Counted from the first letter of the stretch, positions 12,961 through 27,470 are shown. The stretch: DNA of 64,000 nucleotides from Octopus vulgaris (GCA_951406725.2 OX597821.1:92132001-92196000); one strand, 5' to 3'. The notes: generated from the letters alone by a model not told the origin. A program made the numbers and translations.

Positions 12961-13506
12961 TGATGATGGCGGTGGTGGTGGTGGTGGTGGTGGTGGTGGT
13001 GGTGGTGGTGGTGGTGGTGGTGGTGATGATGATGATGATGATGATGTGCTTCTTTGTTGGATATTGTAACAAGTGAAAAACATCATTAGCAAACAAGAAG
13101 TCACATACTATTGCCTACTCAGATGAGCATTTCAGCTTTAAAGAAGTCTATTACTGGTATGAAATTGGAATTGTACACCTGAATAGAAATCACCGTATAT
13201 GCATGGTGCAACATGGCTGAAAAGAACAGTGTGAAAAGTCCTGGGGTTATGACACAACCCTCTTCTGCGCTGTTCAAAATGTCAAAAGTGTGTAACAGTT
13301 TACTGTCTGCTAAAAGTGTGTAACAGTTTACTGTCTGCTAAAACAGATTTCTTTTCATTCCTGCATGAATTGAAATGATGACGTTGAGCATTTTATCAGG
13401 TACACCAATTTTGTTTTTGTTTTTAGAACTATCCAGAGAGCATTTGCTCGACTAATGGCGGTGCTCCAGCATGGCCACAGTCAAATGACTGAAACAAGTA
13501 AAAGAG

Positions 13507-14450
13507 CAAACAATTTGATGAAATGAAATGATCATGGCACTGGTATTGCAGAATGATCTGAATCCACATTGTGATTCTGGATAGATATCATTGATAACAT
13601 GCTTGAGTAACCTGTGAAGAATTATGTTTGCCTGGATTTTATCTGCAATACACAGCAGAGATATGTTCTTTGAGTTATTGCAGGGTCTTCTTCCCTTGAG
13701 AGTGTGTTTGATTAAGGCATTCTTGTAATCTTGTGAGACACATCTAACTGTGTCAGTGACCCTGAAGAGATCAAAAAGCTTTTGCATGAATTTTTGACCA
13801 CCATATTAAAAGATTTCTGGTGGAGTGCTATCCTTACCAGGGACTTTGATGATATTTGCTTTATGACATCTTGAACTTCCTTTAAATATGGCTCAAAAGA
13901 GCTCCAGGATTTTGGTCTTTGAGGAATAGAATCAATTACATTATCTTTGAGGACAGAGTTAGAATTATAACCAGCCTCAAAATGTATTTTCCCATCAAGA
14001 AAAAATACGATTCTTTCTCATCAGAAGAGCCTGACCAGCAGACCATCATATGATTGAGCAGCAAATAAAGCATTTTTTAATGAGCCAAACCCCTTTTGGA
14101 GAGCTTCATAGAAAGCTTATGAGCTCTTGTTCTCTGCTTTCTGGAGCTCAGCAGCTTATGATTATCAGCAAGGTGCAAACTGCCCTCAGGAGAATGAGGT
14201 CAGTTTGAACCTATTACTTGCCTTCTTTGTATGTCACATTTTAATATCGAAGTGTTTATTATCAATTCAGGACTTGTGTGAATCATGCATTTTTTTGCTA
14301 AGTTGCTGTCATCAAACCAATTCTGATGCTTCTGCACTGGGAGACATAATACTTCTAAGAAGATTTTCAAAATGACTTGGTGTCATCAGTTATCTGCACT
14401 GAACCGAGAGAGGTTTCAAATCGACTGGATAACCCTTTCTTATTATAACT
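13507..14450 (-). mobile_element. RTE-clade LINE RT fragment (pseudogenised)
   Basis: ...PCNNSKNISLLCIADKIQANIILHRL...PESQCGFRS..NTSAMII matches RT motifs (C.NYRGISLL, PESQCGFR); abuts a SINE A tail at 13452-13506. Confidence 0.85.
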
Positions 14451-14834
14451 GGATTTCAATAGCAAATATTGATGCAATTTGGATTATATGGGCTGATTAT
14501 ATGTTTCTTTAGAACAATGCAAAAGGAAGATTTACTAAGCAAAAGAGCAAGTTCTGAGAAACATAACAAAGGCTAAAAATATTTGTTTTCAAATACATAA
14601 AAACAATAAACACAGATTGAATATTGGACTCAATACAAATATGGAATCTGAATCTAATGTATAATTTTATTGATTGTGACTTTGAAGTTGTACTAGTCAT
14701 AGCTTGTTCAAACTGTGAAGTGAAGGCAAATGAAAGATCTCAAGTATATATTTTGAGGTTCAGAGAGAATTGTCTAAAACTGGATGGGTTAGAAGTGAGT
14801 TCTATTTCAACTAATTCTTTTCTACTTTTATGAT

Positions 14835-15080
14835 CCACCAGCACGGTTGCAATTTACATGACACCAGTACTGGCCAAGACTATGATTTCTCTTGGCTTCA
14901 TGACTTTTCCCAAATACAGCATATTGCACACGGTCTCAGCCACTTGTCATTGCTTCTTTGAGTCCCAACATATGAAGATCATGCAACCAGCAATGGCCAA
15001 AATTATGAATTCAAGGGGGCCATTCACATGACACTGGCAACGATTTCATTTGGCTTGATGAGTCTTTTCAAATACAATAT
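14835..15080 (-). mobile_element. Diverged RTE-type LINE 3' UTR piece
   Basis: Similar to 33890-34010 (acagcatat..ggtctc.g.c.cttgtcattgc.tc..tgag.cccaa). Confidence 0.55.
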
Positions 15081-15810
15081 CTATAGAAAGTACAATATCT
15101 ATAGAAAAAAACTGTATCATCTGTAAGCTAATGTTAGTTCTTAGATCAATACCATGGAATGGAGGTTGTACTTATTTCGGCATTACTACTTAACAGAAAT
15201 GCCACCAAGAGTTGAACTTGCTTAATTTGGGACTAAAACGTATAATGTAAAATAACAACAAGGAAGAGATTTACAAGATAGTTCTCAGCCTATGCATGAC
15301 TTGTGTAATTGCTATCTAACATCTAATTCAACATCTTTCTCAATCTACCCTCAAGAATCAAATACTTAATTTAATTTGCTAATAGCAGATAAAACTTTAA
15401 CTCGTTAGATGCAATCTTTAGCAGGAAAGGCATTTCATATATCTTTATGATCACAAATGAGAAACTAACACATCTTCAATAACCCTCACAATCTCACAAG
15501 CATGCACACACACACATACACACACACACAGACACACATACACACATGCATGCACGCACACATACAGACAGACACCCGCACATACACAGAGAGGTCCACA
15601 TGCAAATATTCTCCATACGTGGATACATATAGATAAGTGTGCACATGTGTGTGAGCTTGAGTGTGTGTGTTTGTGTGTGTGTGTGTATGAGTGTGTGTGT
15701 TTAATGTATATGCATATTTGATTGTCAGTCCAAGCCTCTATGTTGCTCTCATGTACACAAACACATATATACGCATACATACACATTTACACACACACAC
15801 ACATACATAC

Positions 15811-15867
<57 letters not shown>

Positions 15868-16070
15868 ATATATACAAGCATACATTCACTCACATTTACA
15901 AACATGCACGTGTGTGTGTGTGTGTGTGTGTATGTGTGTGTACACATGAATACATACATAATCTATGTACCTGATGTAGAGACAGAGAGAGTGAGAGAGA
16001 GTAAAATAGATAAACCAACAGTCAGACAGACAAACCAACAGACAGATAATAAACTGACAGAGAGACAGAC

Positions 16071-16153
<83 letters not shown>

Positions 16154-16879
16154 AAGACAGACAGACAGACAGATAGATAGATTGATAGACAGACAGATAA
16201 CAAACTGTCAGAGACAGACAGACAGATAGAAAGAGAGATACAGAGAACAGAAGATAGTGCGTTTATATGTTCATGTGTTAGTGTGTGACTTTATACATGT
16301 TTATACAATGTGTGTATGTGGCGTATGTATCTGTGTCTGTGTGGTAGTGCCGTTCACACAAACTCACTACTCGCATTATGTATAGGTTGATGTACAATGC
16401 TTCATATGTATACACTATCCTTGTGACAATAATTGTGTATTTACACATTCAGAGGGGCATGAATAAATACATACATACATACATAAATACATACATACAT
16501 ACATACATAAATACATCATACATATGTACATACATATGTACATTGATAAATACATACATACATGCATACATACATATATACATACATAGATATATGTGCA
16601 TCATACATATATATGTTCATACATACATATATACATGCATATATACATATGTACATACATAAATATATATTTATGCATCATACATACATGCATACATAGA
16701 TGTATGTATACATATATATGTACATACATAGATATGTATATATGTGTATCATACATACGTACATATGTGCATACATAAATACATACATACATGCACACAT
16801 ACATAAATACATATAAAGATATATGAGCATCATACATATGTTCATATATACAGGCTTTAATACATACATGCATACATAA

Positions 16880-17520
16880 GTACATACATAGATATATATG
16901 TTCATCATACATATATACATATGTGCATATATACATAGAGATGTACCTCATACAGGTACACATACATATATACTCTCATTCATGTGTGTATGCATAAGAT
17001 AGATATATATGTTCATCATACATATATACATATGTGTATACATACATACATATATAAGTATGTACATATATACGTATGTACATATATACGTATGTACATA
17101 TATACGTACTTATATACATAGATATGTACCTCATACAGGTACACATACATATATACTCTCATTCATGTGTGTATGCATAAGATAGATATATATGTTCATC
17201 ATACATATATACATATGTGTATACATACATAGATACATATATAAGTATGTACCTATATATGTATGTACATATATACGTACTTATATACATAGATATGTAC
17301 CTCATGCAGGTACACATACATATATACTCTCATTCATGTGTGTATGCATAAGATAGATATATATGTTCATCATACATATATACATATGTGTATACATACA
17401 TAGATACATATATAAGTATGTACATATATATGTATGTACATATATACGTACTTATATACATAGATATGTACCTCATACAGGTACGCATACATATATACTT
17501 TCATTCATGTGTGTATGCAT
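16880..17520. repeat. Tandem ~180-bp units derived from microsatellite (about 4 copies)
   Basis: Recurrent atgtacctcatacaggtacacatacatatatactctcattcatgtgtgtatgcata near 16941, 17124, 17294 and 17466. Confidence 0.85.
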
Positions 17521-18097
17521 ACATATTCATAGTTATATGTGAATACTGGTGTATATGGTGTTTTAGATGTATTTCAGATAAGATGATCACTCATAATTTT
17601 TAATGGAAAACCCTCACAGGAATCAATATTTACGAATTCTGAACACAGAAATAAAATATAATGATAATAATAAAATAGACAATAATCTTAAAAACTAAAA
17701 AACCCGACCAAAAAAACTTCAAAAAAAAAAAAACTTATAAAAAAAATAGCAATGTTCAGTACAACAAATTCAACAGTAATGACAGGAATAACATCAACAA
17801 GAAGAATAAAAATACGACAAGTTATATTATGAATCTTAATATTATTTCCTGAAGGAATTTGAACCAAGAACTGGATTTTCTACGCTATTTTCCTTAAATG
17901 CAAGATAATGTGATGAGATACTGTCCAAACTATGGCTTGATAATTCCTTGTTGTCTGAGCTCTATAATATTGAGTGTTGTCGTATCATTATATCTTAGCA
18001 ATCAATGATTTCCTTCAACAATTTTTCTTATGATATTTGTGTGTGTGTGTGTGTGTGAGTGAGTGAGAGAGCGAGAGAGAGAGAGAGAGAAAGAAAG

Positions 18098-18251
<154 letters not shown>

Positions 18252-18337
18252 TATACATATATACATCTATGTATCTATATATCTATATGCGTATGTATAT
18301 TTTTATATTTGAGACATCTTCATCTTCATTAGCTTGA

Positions 18338-18555
<218 letters not shown>

Positions 18556-18934
18556 TCTTGTTATCATCTTCATCTTGCATTCTCTTTCCTTCTTCATTTA
18601 CTTTAGCCTAATCATTTCCTCTATCTCTACTTTGCAACCTTCTATTGTCTACACCATTGTTTTTGTAATTGTGTCTTTGTTTTTTTTTGTTTTTTTTTTC
18701 TTTCGTGCTTTTCTTCCTCTCCATCTCTTTATCTTGCTCTCCTTAATATTGGTGTTGCCACAGGGCGGTCAACAGACAATTTCCTTGCATTCCATAATGA
18801 AATGATAATAACTGCAGCAAATACTCTAATAAGTTTGGAGTGACGTACATACATACCTACCTATGCATACCTCCTGTATGTATACATTGGAGATAGAGCA
18901 TATATACATTATATGTATGTGTTTGTGTGTGTGT

Positions 18935-19395
18935 GTGTGTGTGCGCGGATGAATTGTTGTATTGTGTGAGTGCATATATGCATGTATATGTATTCATATA
19001 TACACTCACCCACACACATATATATATTCTTTTATTTCTTTATCTGTTACAGCCATGTGACTACAGTCATGCTGGAGCACTATGTGTTTGTGTGTGGATG
19101 CATTGTTTTGTTGTGTGAGTGAATACATGCATGTATATGTATTCATATATACACTCACCCACACACATATATATATTCTTTTATTTCTTTATCTGTTACA
19201 GCCATGTGACTACGGTCATGCTGGAGCACTATGTGTTTGTGTGTGTGGATGCATTGTTGTGTTGTGTGAGTGAATACATGCATGTGTATGTATTCATATA
19301 TATATACACACACACACACACATATATATATTCTTTTATTTTATTTATCTGTTGCAGCCATGTTACTACAGTCATGCTGGAGCACTATATGTGTG
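18935..19395. repeat. Tandem ~150-bp unit x3 containing a SINE A tail remnant
   Basis: Each unit ends ...acagccatgtgactacagtcatgctggagcac, a variant of SINE A cagtcatttgactgcggccatgctggagcac. Confidence 0.85.
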
Positions 19396-19760
19396 TGTGT
19401 GTTGGTCAATTGTCTATAAACAAGAAAACAAAGCACACTCTGGAAGAAATTTTCAAGCAGTTATACCTTTATATAGTTGAGTATTACATCCCTGGTTATA
19501 ACAGCTCAGAAAGTTACGTTCTCTTCTCATCTACTACTGCACATAGCAATATAGACGACTCATCAGATTTGCTGGTCAGAAACACAGTTAGCCTCTTTAC
19601 TGATGGTGGTAAATATACAGACTTGGTTAGTTTGGTAGCGCACAAAACGAAAACAAGACCATTTTAAAAGGTGAAAAAAGAGTTGCCTCTCCTTGTATGA
19701 TTCCAGTTGTGGCCGAAGTTGGTCAGCTGTGCCTGAATATGCTATTTCCATTCTCTAGTT

Positions 19761-20090
19761 CTGGGCTGGCCAAGCAGAGGCCAGTGAGCCATATGTGGCC
19801 CGCTGACTTTTATTTTGTGGTCCACTTGATTCTTTCTAGAAATGGGTTTATTTAAACAAACATTTTTAAAAGTTTATCAAGAATTAAAGATTGTAATGAA
19901 AAATAAAAATAAAGATACTACTGTTTTTGCAATGATAATATTTCATGTTGAATCAATGATCATTCATTCATTATTGTAATAATAGCATGAGAAAGCAAAA
20001 TGCTTTCAGTTCTGTCAGTATACAAGAAGCCTTCAAAAAACATTTTGTCATTAAAGTGGCCCGTAATGTAATTCACGTTGGCCAGGCCTT
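19761..20090. mobile_element. hAT (Charlie-like) MITE
   Basis: TIRs ctgggctggccaa / ttggccaggcctt, subterminal tggccc motifs, degenerate 8-bp TSD ctctagtt / ctcttgtc. Confidence 0.65.
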
Positions 20091-20124
20091 CTCTTGTCCA
20101 TTTTTTTGAACACGAGGAAGACCA

Positions 20125-20780
20125 TGCTTCAAAAATAAATCTACTGTCGTGGAGATAGCAGCTGCAAATATCATTTTTAAATTCAAGAAGGTATCCATGT
20201 GGTACAGGTATTTAGGATCATTCTTCTCTTAGTGAAGCAAAGTTTTGCACCATTTATTTTGCATTGAGATATGGTCCAATTTTTTCTAGTAACTTCCAGT
20301 TAATTTTGAATGGCTTTTTCTCCTTTTTAATCACCATATATAAATGGTTAATGATATGTAACGTTGCACCTCTCCTGGATCCCAAAAGAGGATCTGTGGT
20401 TATTTAGCATTACCTTAAATGAGCCTTCAGTGGCCCCCAACATATTTCCATATGTATGTCCTTTTGTTGCTGCTACTGTTGCTGAACATTCTCTCTGTTT
20501 TATAAACCATGGCCTCAGGGATGCATCAAGCTTTCACTAAGTACTCAGGGTTAACCTTACATGAGCACTGTGCCTCTGTGCAGGGTTTGGAGGCATTTAT
20601 TAATATCTTTTTTACACTAGGTGCACTGAAGAATGAGTCCATTAAGTTATGTCTATTAAACAATGTCCTGTAACTATGGGATTGTGGGAAGTGCTTATCT
20701 ACTAATCTAAGGAAAATCCTTTCCATATAGGTTTTAATGAAGAGTGCGAAGAATAGGTAAAGACAGGGGATTTATAGATA
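20125..20780 (-). mobile_element. Penelope-like (Naiad-type) linker plus GIY-YIG endonuclease remnant
   Basis: FLRLVDKHFPQSHSYRTLFNRHNL..SF...CSCK..*CIPEAMVYK, then LGATEGSFKVMLNNHRSSF, IYIW, FKINWKLLEKIGPY. This follows the pattern KHFP/FNRN/CNC/VY/G.TE..FK.R..NH..SF; several frameshifts. Confidence 0.8.
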
Positions 20781-21413
20781 TGTGCTTCGAGCCAGCAGTT
20801 CTAATGAGTTTTCTTTATATTAATAAGTGCAATAGTAGATCTGAAACCAATAGTAATGTTCTAATCGGTTATATGCTATAACTAAGAATGTACTGCTTGA
20901 CCACATTCATACATACACACCACACAGACACACAGACACACTCACACACACATACATATATATGTACATATATGTGTGTATATATTTCTCTATCGCTCTC
21001 TCTCTATATATATACATATACATATATATATATATACATATACGTATATATACTTATATATACATATATATATATACATATACACATATATATATATACA
21101 TATATATATATGTGTATATATATACATACACATATATACATGTATACATATGTATATGTATATATATATATATATATGTACTTAAAAGCACATTCATATG
21201 CATATGTCTTTATTATATATGTGTGCTTATGTGCAAGTGTGTGTGTTAGAGTGTGTGTACAGTTTAATGTTTTATAGTATCTTCAATAACCAACCAAAGA
21301 TCTGAATCAATATCCTATATATATACATACATACATACATACATATACATAGATACATACATATACATACATACATACATATACATACATACATACATAC
21401 ATACATACATACA

Positions 21414-21494
<81 letters not shown>

Positions 21495-22131
21495 GCATAT
21501 ATATATATACATGCTGGACAATCAAATGACTGATGGTTCCGCTGAATATATTTTATTACTGTTTCAATGCTGCCCGGTGCACCAAGCTGTAAATAGATAT
21601 CATGGAGTACTCTTTTCCATTACTATAGTCAACAAGAGTATAAGAAAGTTTCATTGGATAGGTGATCACTTGGGAAAAATATATCATGACCATATTTATA
21701 CCCTCTGACCCTCAGACATAACAATTAAAAACAAGCAGTATTTTAATCAATAACATGGTATAGTATATAACTTTTTGCAGAGATATGGATGAGTCAGTAA
21801 GTCATAAAACACTAAGCTATTAGTATAAATGTTTTAGAATCCACTGACTTGTTAAGAGTTGGTGGAGCTTATGAACTAAGTAAATTGCTTGTGTTTTATT
21901 ATGCATCATATGCCAGTGTTCCCGATGTAATTAAAATATATTAAATGCGAATGATGTACATAGAAAAAAAAGAGTTATCTCAAATAGTCCAAAGGTTTCA
22001 GAAAGGATGAGTAAGTACCACAAAGTGCAAGCAATAATTATTAATATATATATATATATATAGACAGGTAAATAGATAGATATAGATATATAGATATACA
22101 CACAGACACACACATATATATATACACACAG

Positions 22132-22182
<51 letters not shown>

Positions 22183-22191
22183 CAAATATAT

Positions 22192-22508
22192 ATGTTCGTC
22201 CTTAGCTTCTCTGCTGAAGAGGCACGCCAGTTGTAAATAAATTTAATTTAATTTAATTAATTTGTTTATTAAAGTTTGCTGAAACTATGCATAGTCCAGA
22301 GATGAAAGGGTAAATGTTTTTATTTCTCTTTCAATTTCAGAATTACAACTATTAGTGGTTTGAGTTTGGCTGCTCTTTCTAGTGAGTCGAATGGCCATTC
22401 CTTATATTTTGGAATGTATATTATTTAGTCTGTGACTATCTTTTCTTTCTCACTGGACCGCTAGTAGCGGAGAATTTTTTCTAGAATTTTTTGCTACCCT
22501 TATATTTA

Positions 22509-22512
<4 letters not shown>
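22192..22512 (+). mobile_element. Short Penelope-like 3' fragment flanked by (TA)n
   Basis: Starts just upstream of a canonical hammerhead and ends with the motif-hairpin-CCTTAT terminus shared with 61956-62013. Confidence 0.75.
22208..22302 (+). ncRNA. Type I hammerhead ribozyme, canonical core
   Basis: TCTCTG CTGAAGA GGCA...TGCT GAA ACTATGCATAGT C CAGAGA. 6-bp stem I, stem II with distal taaataaatt/aatttgttta pairing, perfect 12-nt palindromic stem III, GUC triplet; predicted cut 3' of 22296. Confidence 0.85.
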
Positions 22513-22552
<40 letters not shown>

Positions 22553-22642
22553 TACATATGTGTCTCTCCCTCTCCCTTTCTAAGTATCTCTCCCTCTTCA
22601 TATATGTGTGCGTGTGTGTGTGTGTGTATATATATGTATATA

Positions 22643-23077
22643 ATTTTTTTGACGGGAAACATTTTTGAGCATACATATAAAAGCTCCAATTTTATTATGC
22701 CGGCTACAGACTAACGATACCAACTTGCAATAGTAATTTTATAGGGTTGTACACAGCTGTGCTGATACAATGTAGAATAAATATAGTAATAATAATAATA
22801 ATAACAATAATCCATGGATAGAACTTATAAATAATTTAATGCGTCTCTATGCACGTTTCCACAAATCACATGTTTCTTATGATCATAGTCTGTATTCCTG
22901 GGATGATTGCATTACAGTCTGCACCATAATCCACTCAATGTCCATGGATACTACGAGTTGTACTATAATCATCCCAGGAATATGGACTATGATTATAAAA
23001 ACATGTGGCATCTGGAAACGAGTGTAGCAATGCGTCAAAATATTTATAAATTCCATCAATGGATTATTACTATTACT
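22643..23077 (-). mobile_element. Old fold-back Penelope-like fragment
   Basis: Diverged inverted arms 22785-22917 and 22959-23077. Arms contain GAAACGTGCATA and GAAACGAGTGTA, consistent with CpG-decayed GAA-ACGCGCGT-A (hammerhead 3' half). An unpaired extension runs to the TA tract at ~22640. Confidence 0.55.
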
Positions 23078-23091
23078 CTCTCTCTCTCTCT

Positions 23092-23126
<35 letters not shown>

Positions 23127-23250
23127 TATATATCTACACATATGTATATATACATGCATATATACATATATACATACATATATATACATATATATACATA
23201 TATACATTTATATAGCTAAATAGCTAGATGGACAAATACATAGATAAGTA

Positions 23251-23273
23251 GGTTGAGAGATAGACAGACAGAC

Positions 23274-23352
<79 letters not shown>

Positions 23353-23392
23353 CAGATTGATAGATAAACAGCAGACAGATAGACAGACAGAC
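23251..23392. repeat. (GATA)n/(GACA)n microsatellite
   Basis: Direct reading. Confidence 0.95.
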
Positions 23393-23740
23393 AAACATAG
23401 TAAGTTATGTACATTTATGTTTCAAATGCTTCTGCACACTAGAATGAGAACAGAATTTGCCACAGAGTTTTGTTTCAGAGAGCAATTCACCCTCGATAGA
23501 CTTTGCATGTAAAACACATGATTCTGCAAACAACATCAGCAAACTACCAGATATGTTGTTTCAGTGTGATTTTACCTCCTCAGCGACAGATAATGTCTTG
23601 GTCATTTGGATCTCGCCTGTCTATGACTTTCAGGTGTTTTAACACTCTTTTAGAATAAGAAAGGGCTGAGCAATGTTCAGAGAATTCCTACTCTTGTCAA
23701 TAACAAAGGCCCTGTCTCTCAGAGGGAAACGCTGATTGTA

Positions 23741-24093
23741 TTACTCTCTTTACTCTCTTTTACTCTCTTTTACTTGTTTCAGTCATTTTGACTGCGGCCA
23801 TGCTGGAGCACCGCCTTTAGTCGAACAAATCAACCCTGGGACTTATTCTTTGTAAGCCTAGTACTTATTCTATCGGTCTCTTTTTGCTGAACCGCTAAGT
23901 GACGGGAACGTAAACACACCAGTATCGGTTGTCAAGCAATGCTAGGGGGACAAACACAGACACACAAACACACACATACACATACATATATATATACATA
24001 TATACGACAGGCTTCTTTCAGTTTCCGTCTACCAAATCCACTCACAAGGCATTGGTCGGCCCGGGGCTATAGCAGAAGACACTTGCCCAAGAT
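23741..24093 (-). mobile_element. SINE family A lacking its tRNA head
   Basis: Aligns with family A up to cacttgcccaagatg, then switches to LINE sequence. Confidence 0.85.
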
Positions 24094-24270
24094 GATGCCT
24101 GTGTTTCTATGCTACATGGCAGTAAAACATGGACTGTGACTGCAGAGGATATGTAAAAGCTTGAAAGAAATGAAGCTTGTATGCTTCACTGGATGTGTAA
24201 TGTCAATGTGCCTGTTGGACAGAGTGCAAGCATCTTGAGAGAAAAATTGGACATAAGAGGCATCAGATGT
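24094..24270 (+). mobile_element. RTE-type LINE ORF fragment
   Basis: MLHGSKTWTVTAEDM*KLERNEACMLHWMCNV...LREKLDIRGIRC, homologous to ORF 34111-34383. Confidence 0.8.
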
Positions 24271-24477
24271 GTCCTTGTGCATGTGAAGTGTGCATGTGTG
24301 TATATGGTCATGTATTTCAGTCTTCATTTATGTATGTGTGTGTTTGTCTGTCCATATTATCTATGTACCTATCTATCTATTTATCATTCTGTTTACTTAC
24401 ATATCTGTTTACCTACACACACACACACACATGTGTATATATATACATCTATATAACAACCTACTAACAACTCTATG

Positions 24478-24521
<44 letters not shown>

Positions 24522-26620
24522 TCTTTTTTTGTAAAAGCTGACACCTGTACCATCCATTTAACAAGTTCATTTTGAATTTTTCAAAATCCCCTGACACTCT
24601 TCATTCTGAAAACAATTCAAAACTCTAATAATTCTTTATAGCTAAAATAGTTTCTTCCAACTACTCTGTGTCTCATTTCTTATCGAAACCATGGAAAAAA
24701 TTTTCCACTAGCTTAACACATTAGCTTGTTAAAATGATTTAAATATTTACTTATTAACATTTTCGGTACCATTTTTCTTGTTGAAAATACAATACTTTCA
24801 GTTCCATTGATTTTAAATATAATGAAAATTTACAAAATAACTTAATCATGAAATTTTGATAGAAAGTTTTAATTTAGATCATTTTAATACAAGAAGATTG
24901 TATCATAGAAATGGTGGGTATCAAGGCAGGTTGATAACAATAGTTATGATAATTTGATTTTATTTCTTGAATTTTTAAGTTAATTATTTCTGTATCCGAT
25001 AGGATTGTAAGTGAAAAGAATCATTAGAGTGACACAAAATGTATTGAAGTATTTGTTATTCTGAGTTCAAATCTCACTGAAGTCAACTTTGAGTTTTATT
25101 CTCCTAAGGTCAATAAAATAAAGTACCAAATAAGGTACTAGTGTCAATGGTACTAACCAATCCAGTTCATTAAATTTCAAGCCCTTGTGCAATGCCTAAG
25201 TTAGAAACACTTATTTCTACACCTAATAATATATTGATTAACTTCAGTAGGAGGGAGGTATTGATGTTCAAGATGTTTCCAAGTACCATAAGTAAAATTT
25301 AGTATTGCAACAGTCAACCAATCTTGCTCAGTCAAATCCCTAAAGGCTTGCATTTCTTTGTTTAGCTTTTCCCATATACTCAATTCATCAGTGATGTGAG
25401 GTAAGACATTCACTTCATCTTCACGTGAGTTTCAGTTTCAATTTCATTATATGGTACCTTGAGTACATCTTCTGCTGTATCTTTAAGCTGACCACTACTT
25501 TATGTGCGCATTTGGTAGACAGAAACTGTAAAAAAACCATCACGTGTGTGTGCACGCATGTGAGTGAACATGTGTGTGCTTGCATGAATGTTTATATCTC
25601 ATATTTTCAAAGATGTATGGTATTAAAAGTATCCTTTACTTGATAAGCAAGTAAGGGTTACTGAGGGGTAAGTCATCTAGCTGTATAATAATAATTGCTA
25701 AATTGGAAAAATAGATGTAAAATGATCAATTAAAACTAAAACAAAATCTCAATTTGATAGTCACAAAACAACAAACTTACTTCATTTGGTTCAAGATCTA
25801 ATACATTACCATAGTGCCATGCACTAATTATTGGTCTCTTCAATCTGCATTTGTATGTATATGTGTGTCTGGCTTGTTGATTTGTTTCTGGACTTAAGAC
25901 TCACGTGCCACAGTTTCATATCCCTGGACAAAGCACATGACTCTGCTTGATGCCGAATTTGGCCAAAAGCATTTTCTCTGAAGCCAAACAAATGTCAAGA
26001 GGTCTCTAATTCTATCACAAGTGCATAAACACATGCAGATACAAAGAACAATATATGCTACTCAAACACACACACATGTATATACTATGTATATATGATC
26101 ATACATTCATACAAACAGGCACACACACATTTGTGTGTGTAAATTGTAAATTTAAACACTATTGTGTGCCATAAATGAAGATAGTAAAGAAACAATATTC
26201 CCCACCCCTGAAGCATTCTTCTTTATTTTCAATGGTATTCTCGTTAATTCAGTTAACTTGCGGCTAAAATGGTAAACAAGTTCTGTTTAACAAAACTATA
26301 ATATTGGTTTGTTCAAAAAGGAGAAGCAGCTCAAAGATACGGGAACACGAAAATGTGTGTGCATATCTGTAAAAGTCGTTTTTACATGTGTGTAGTATGT
26401 GTGTGTGTGAGCATGTGACAGTGTATGTATGCGTGTATATGCCTGTATATATACAAGCACACTCTCACACATATAAAGAGAGAAAGCATGAGAGAGAAAG
26501 GGAGGAAGACTGAAGGGACAAGACAGACAGACAGACACATATATATTCACAGAGATACACACATATACATATATATACATGCACACATATATATCACACT
26601 TTCTCTCTTTCTCTGTCTCC

Positions 26621-26651
<31 letters not shown>

Positions 26652-27331
26652 CTCACTCTCTCTCTATATATATATACTTGTATACACCTACATATATATA
26701 TATATATGTGTTTGTGTATGCATATGGAGAGAGAGAGAGAGAGAAGGAGAGAAGAGAGAGAAGACAAACACTTTAGCAGATAAAAGTTAACTAGAATATT
26801 AAATGCAATCACTCTATCATTACATCATCTCCCTGGAAGATTTTAAGCATTTTATTAGTTAATATGTAAAACCTGAGTAGGAACTTAATATATTAATTAC
26901 TTTTCTGTCCGTCTTTACACTTTGAGTTCAAAGACCTATGTGGTTCATTTTATTTGATTTATTGCTCCCCTAAATTGCTGGCCTTGGGCTAAAATTTGAA
27001 ACCAATATATTAATAACTATATTCTAATGTGTATAAGGAACCATTTTTGTCAAAAATTAGGTTTAAAAAATATGGGAGTTTTTTAAACATGAATACTCTT
27101 TATCTTTATCTTTATTCTTTTACTGGTTTCAGTCATTTGACTGTGGCCATGCTGGAGCACTGCCTTTAGTCAAGTAAATCGACCCCAGGACTTATTCTTT
27201 GTAAGCCTAGTACTTATTTTATCGGTCTCTTTTGCTAAACCACTAAATTATGGGGACGCAAACACACCAACATCGGGGGGACAAACACAGACACACAAAC
27301 ATATATATATATATATATATATATATACATT

Positions 27332-27397
<66 letters not shown>

Positions 27398-27409
27398 CAC
27401 ACACACATT

Positions 27410-27470
<61 letters not shown>

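Noticed and set aside
24545-24605. Minus-strand micro-exon between ttttcAG and GT
   Set aside because: All three frames contain a stop as written, and the donor site is weak.
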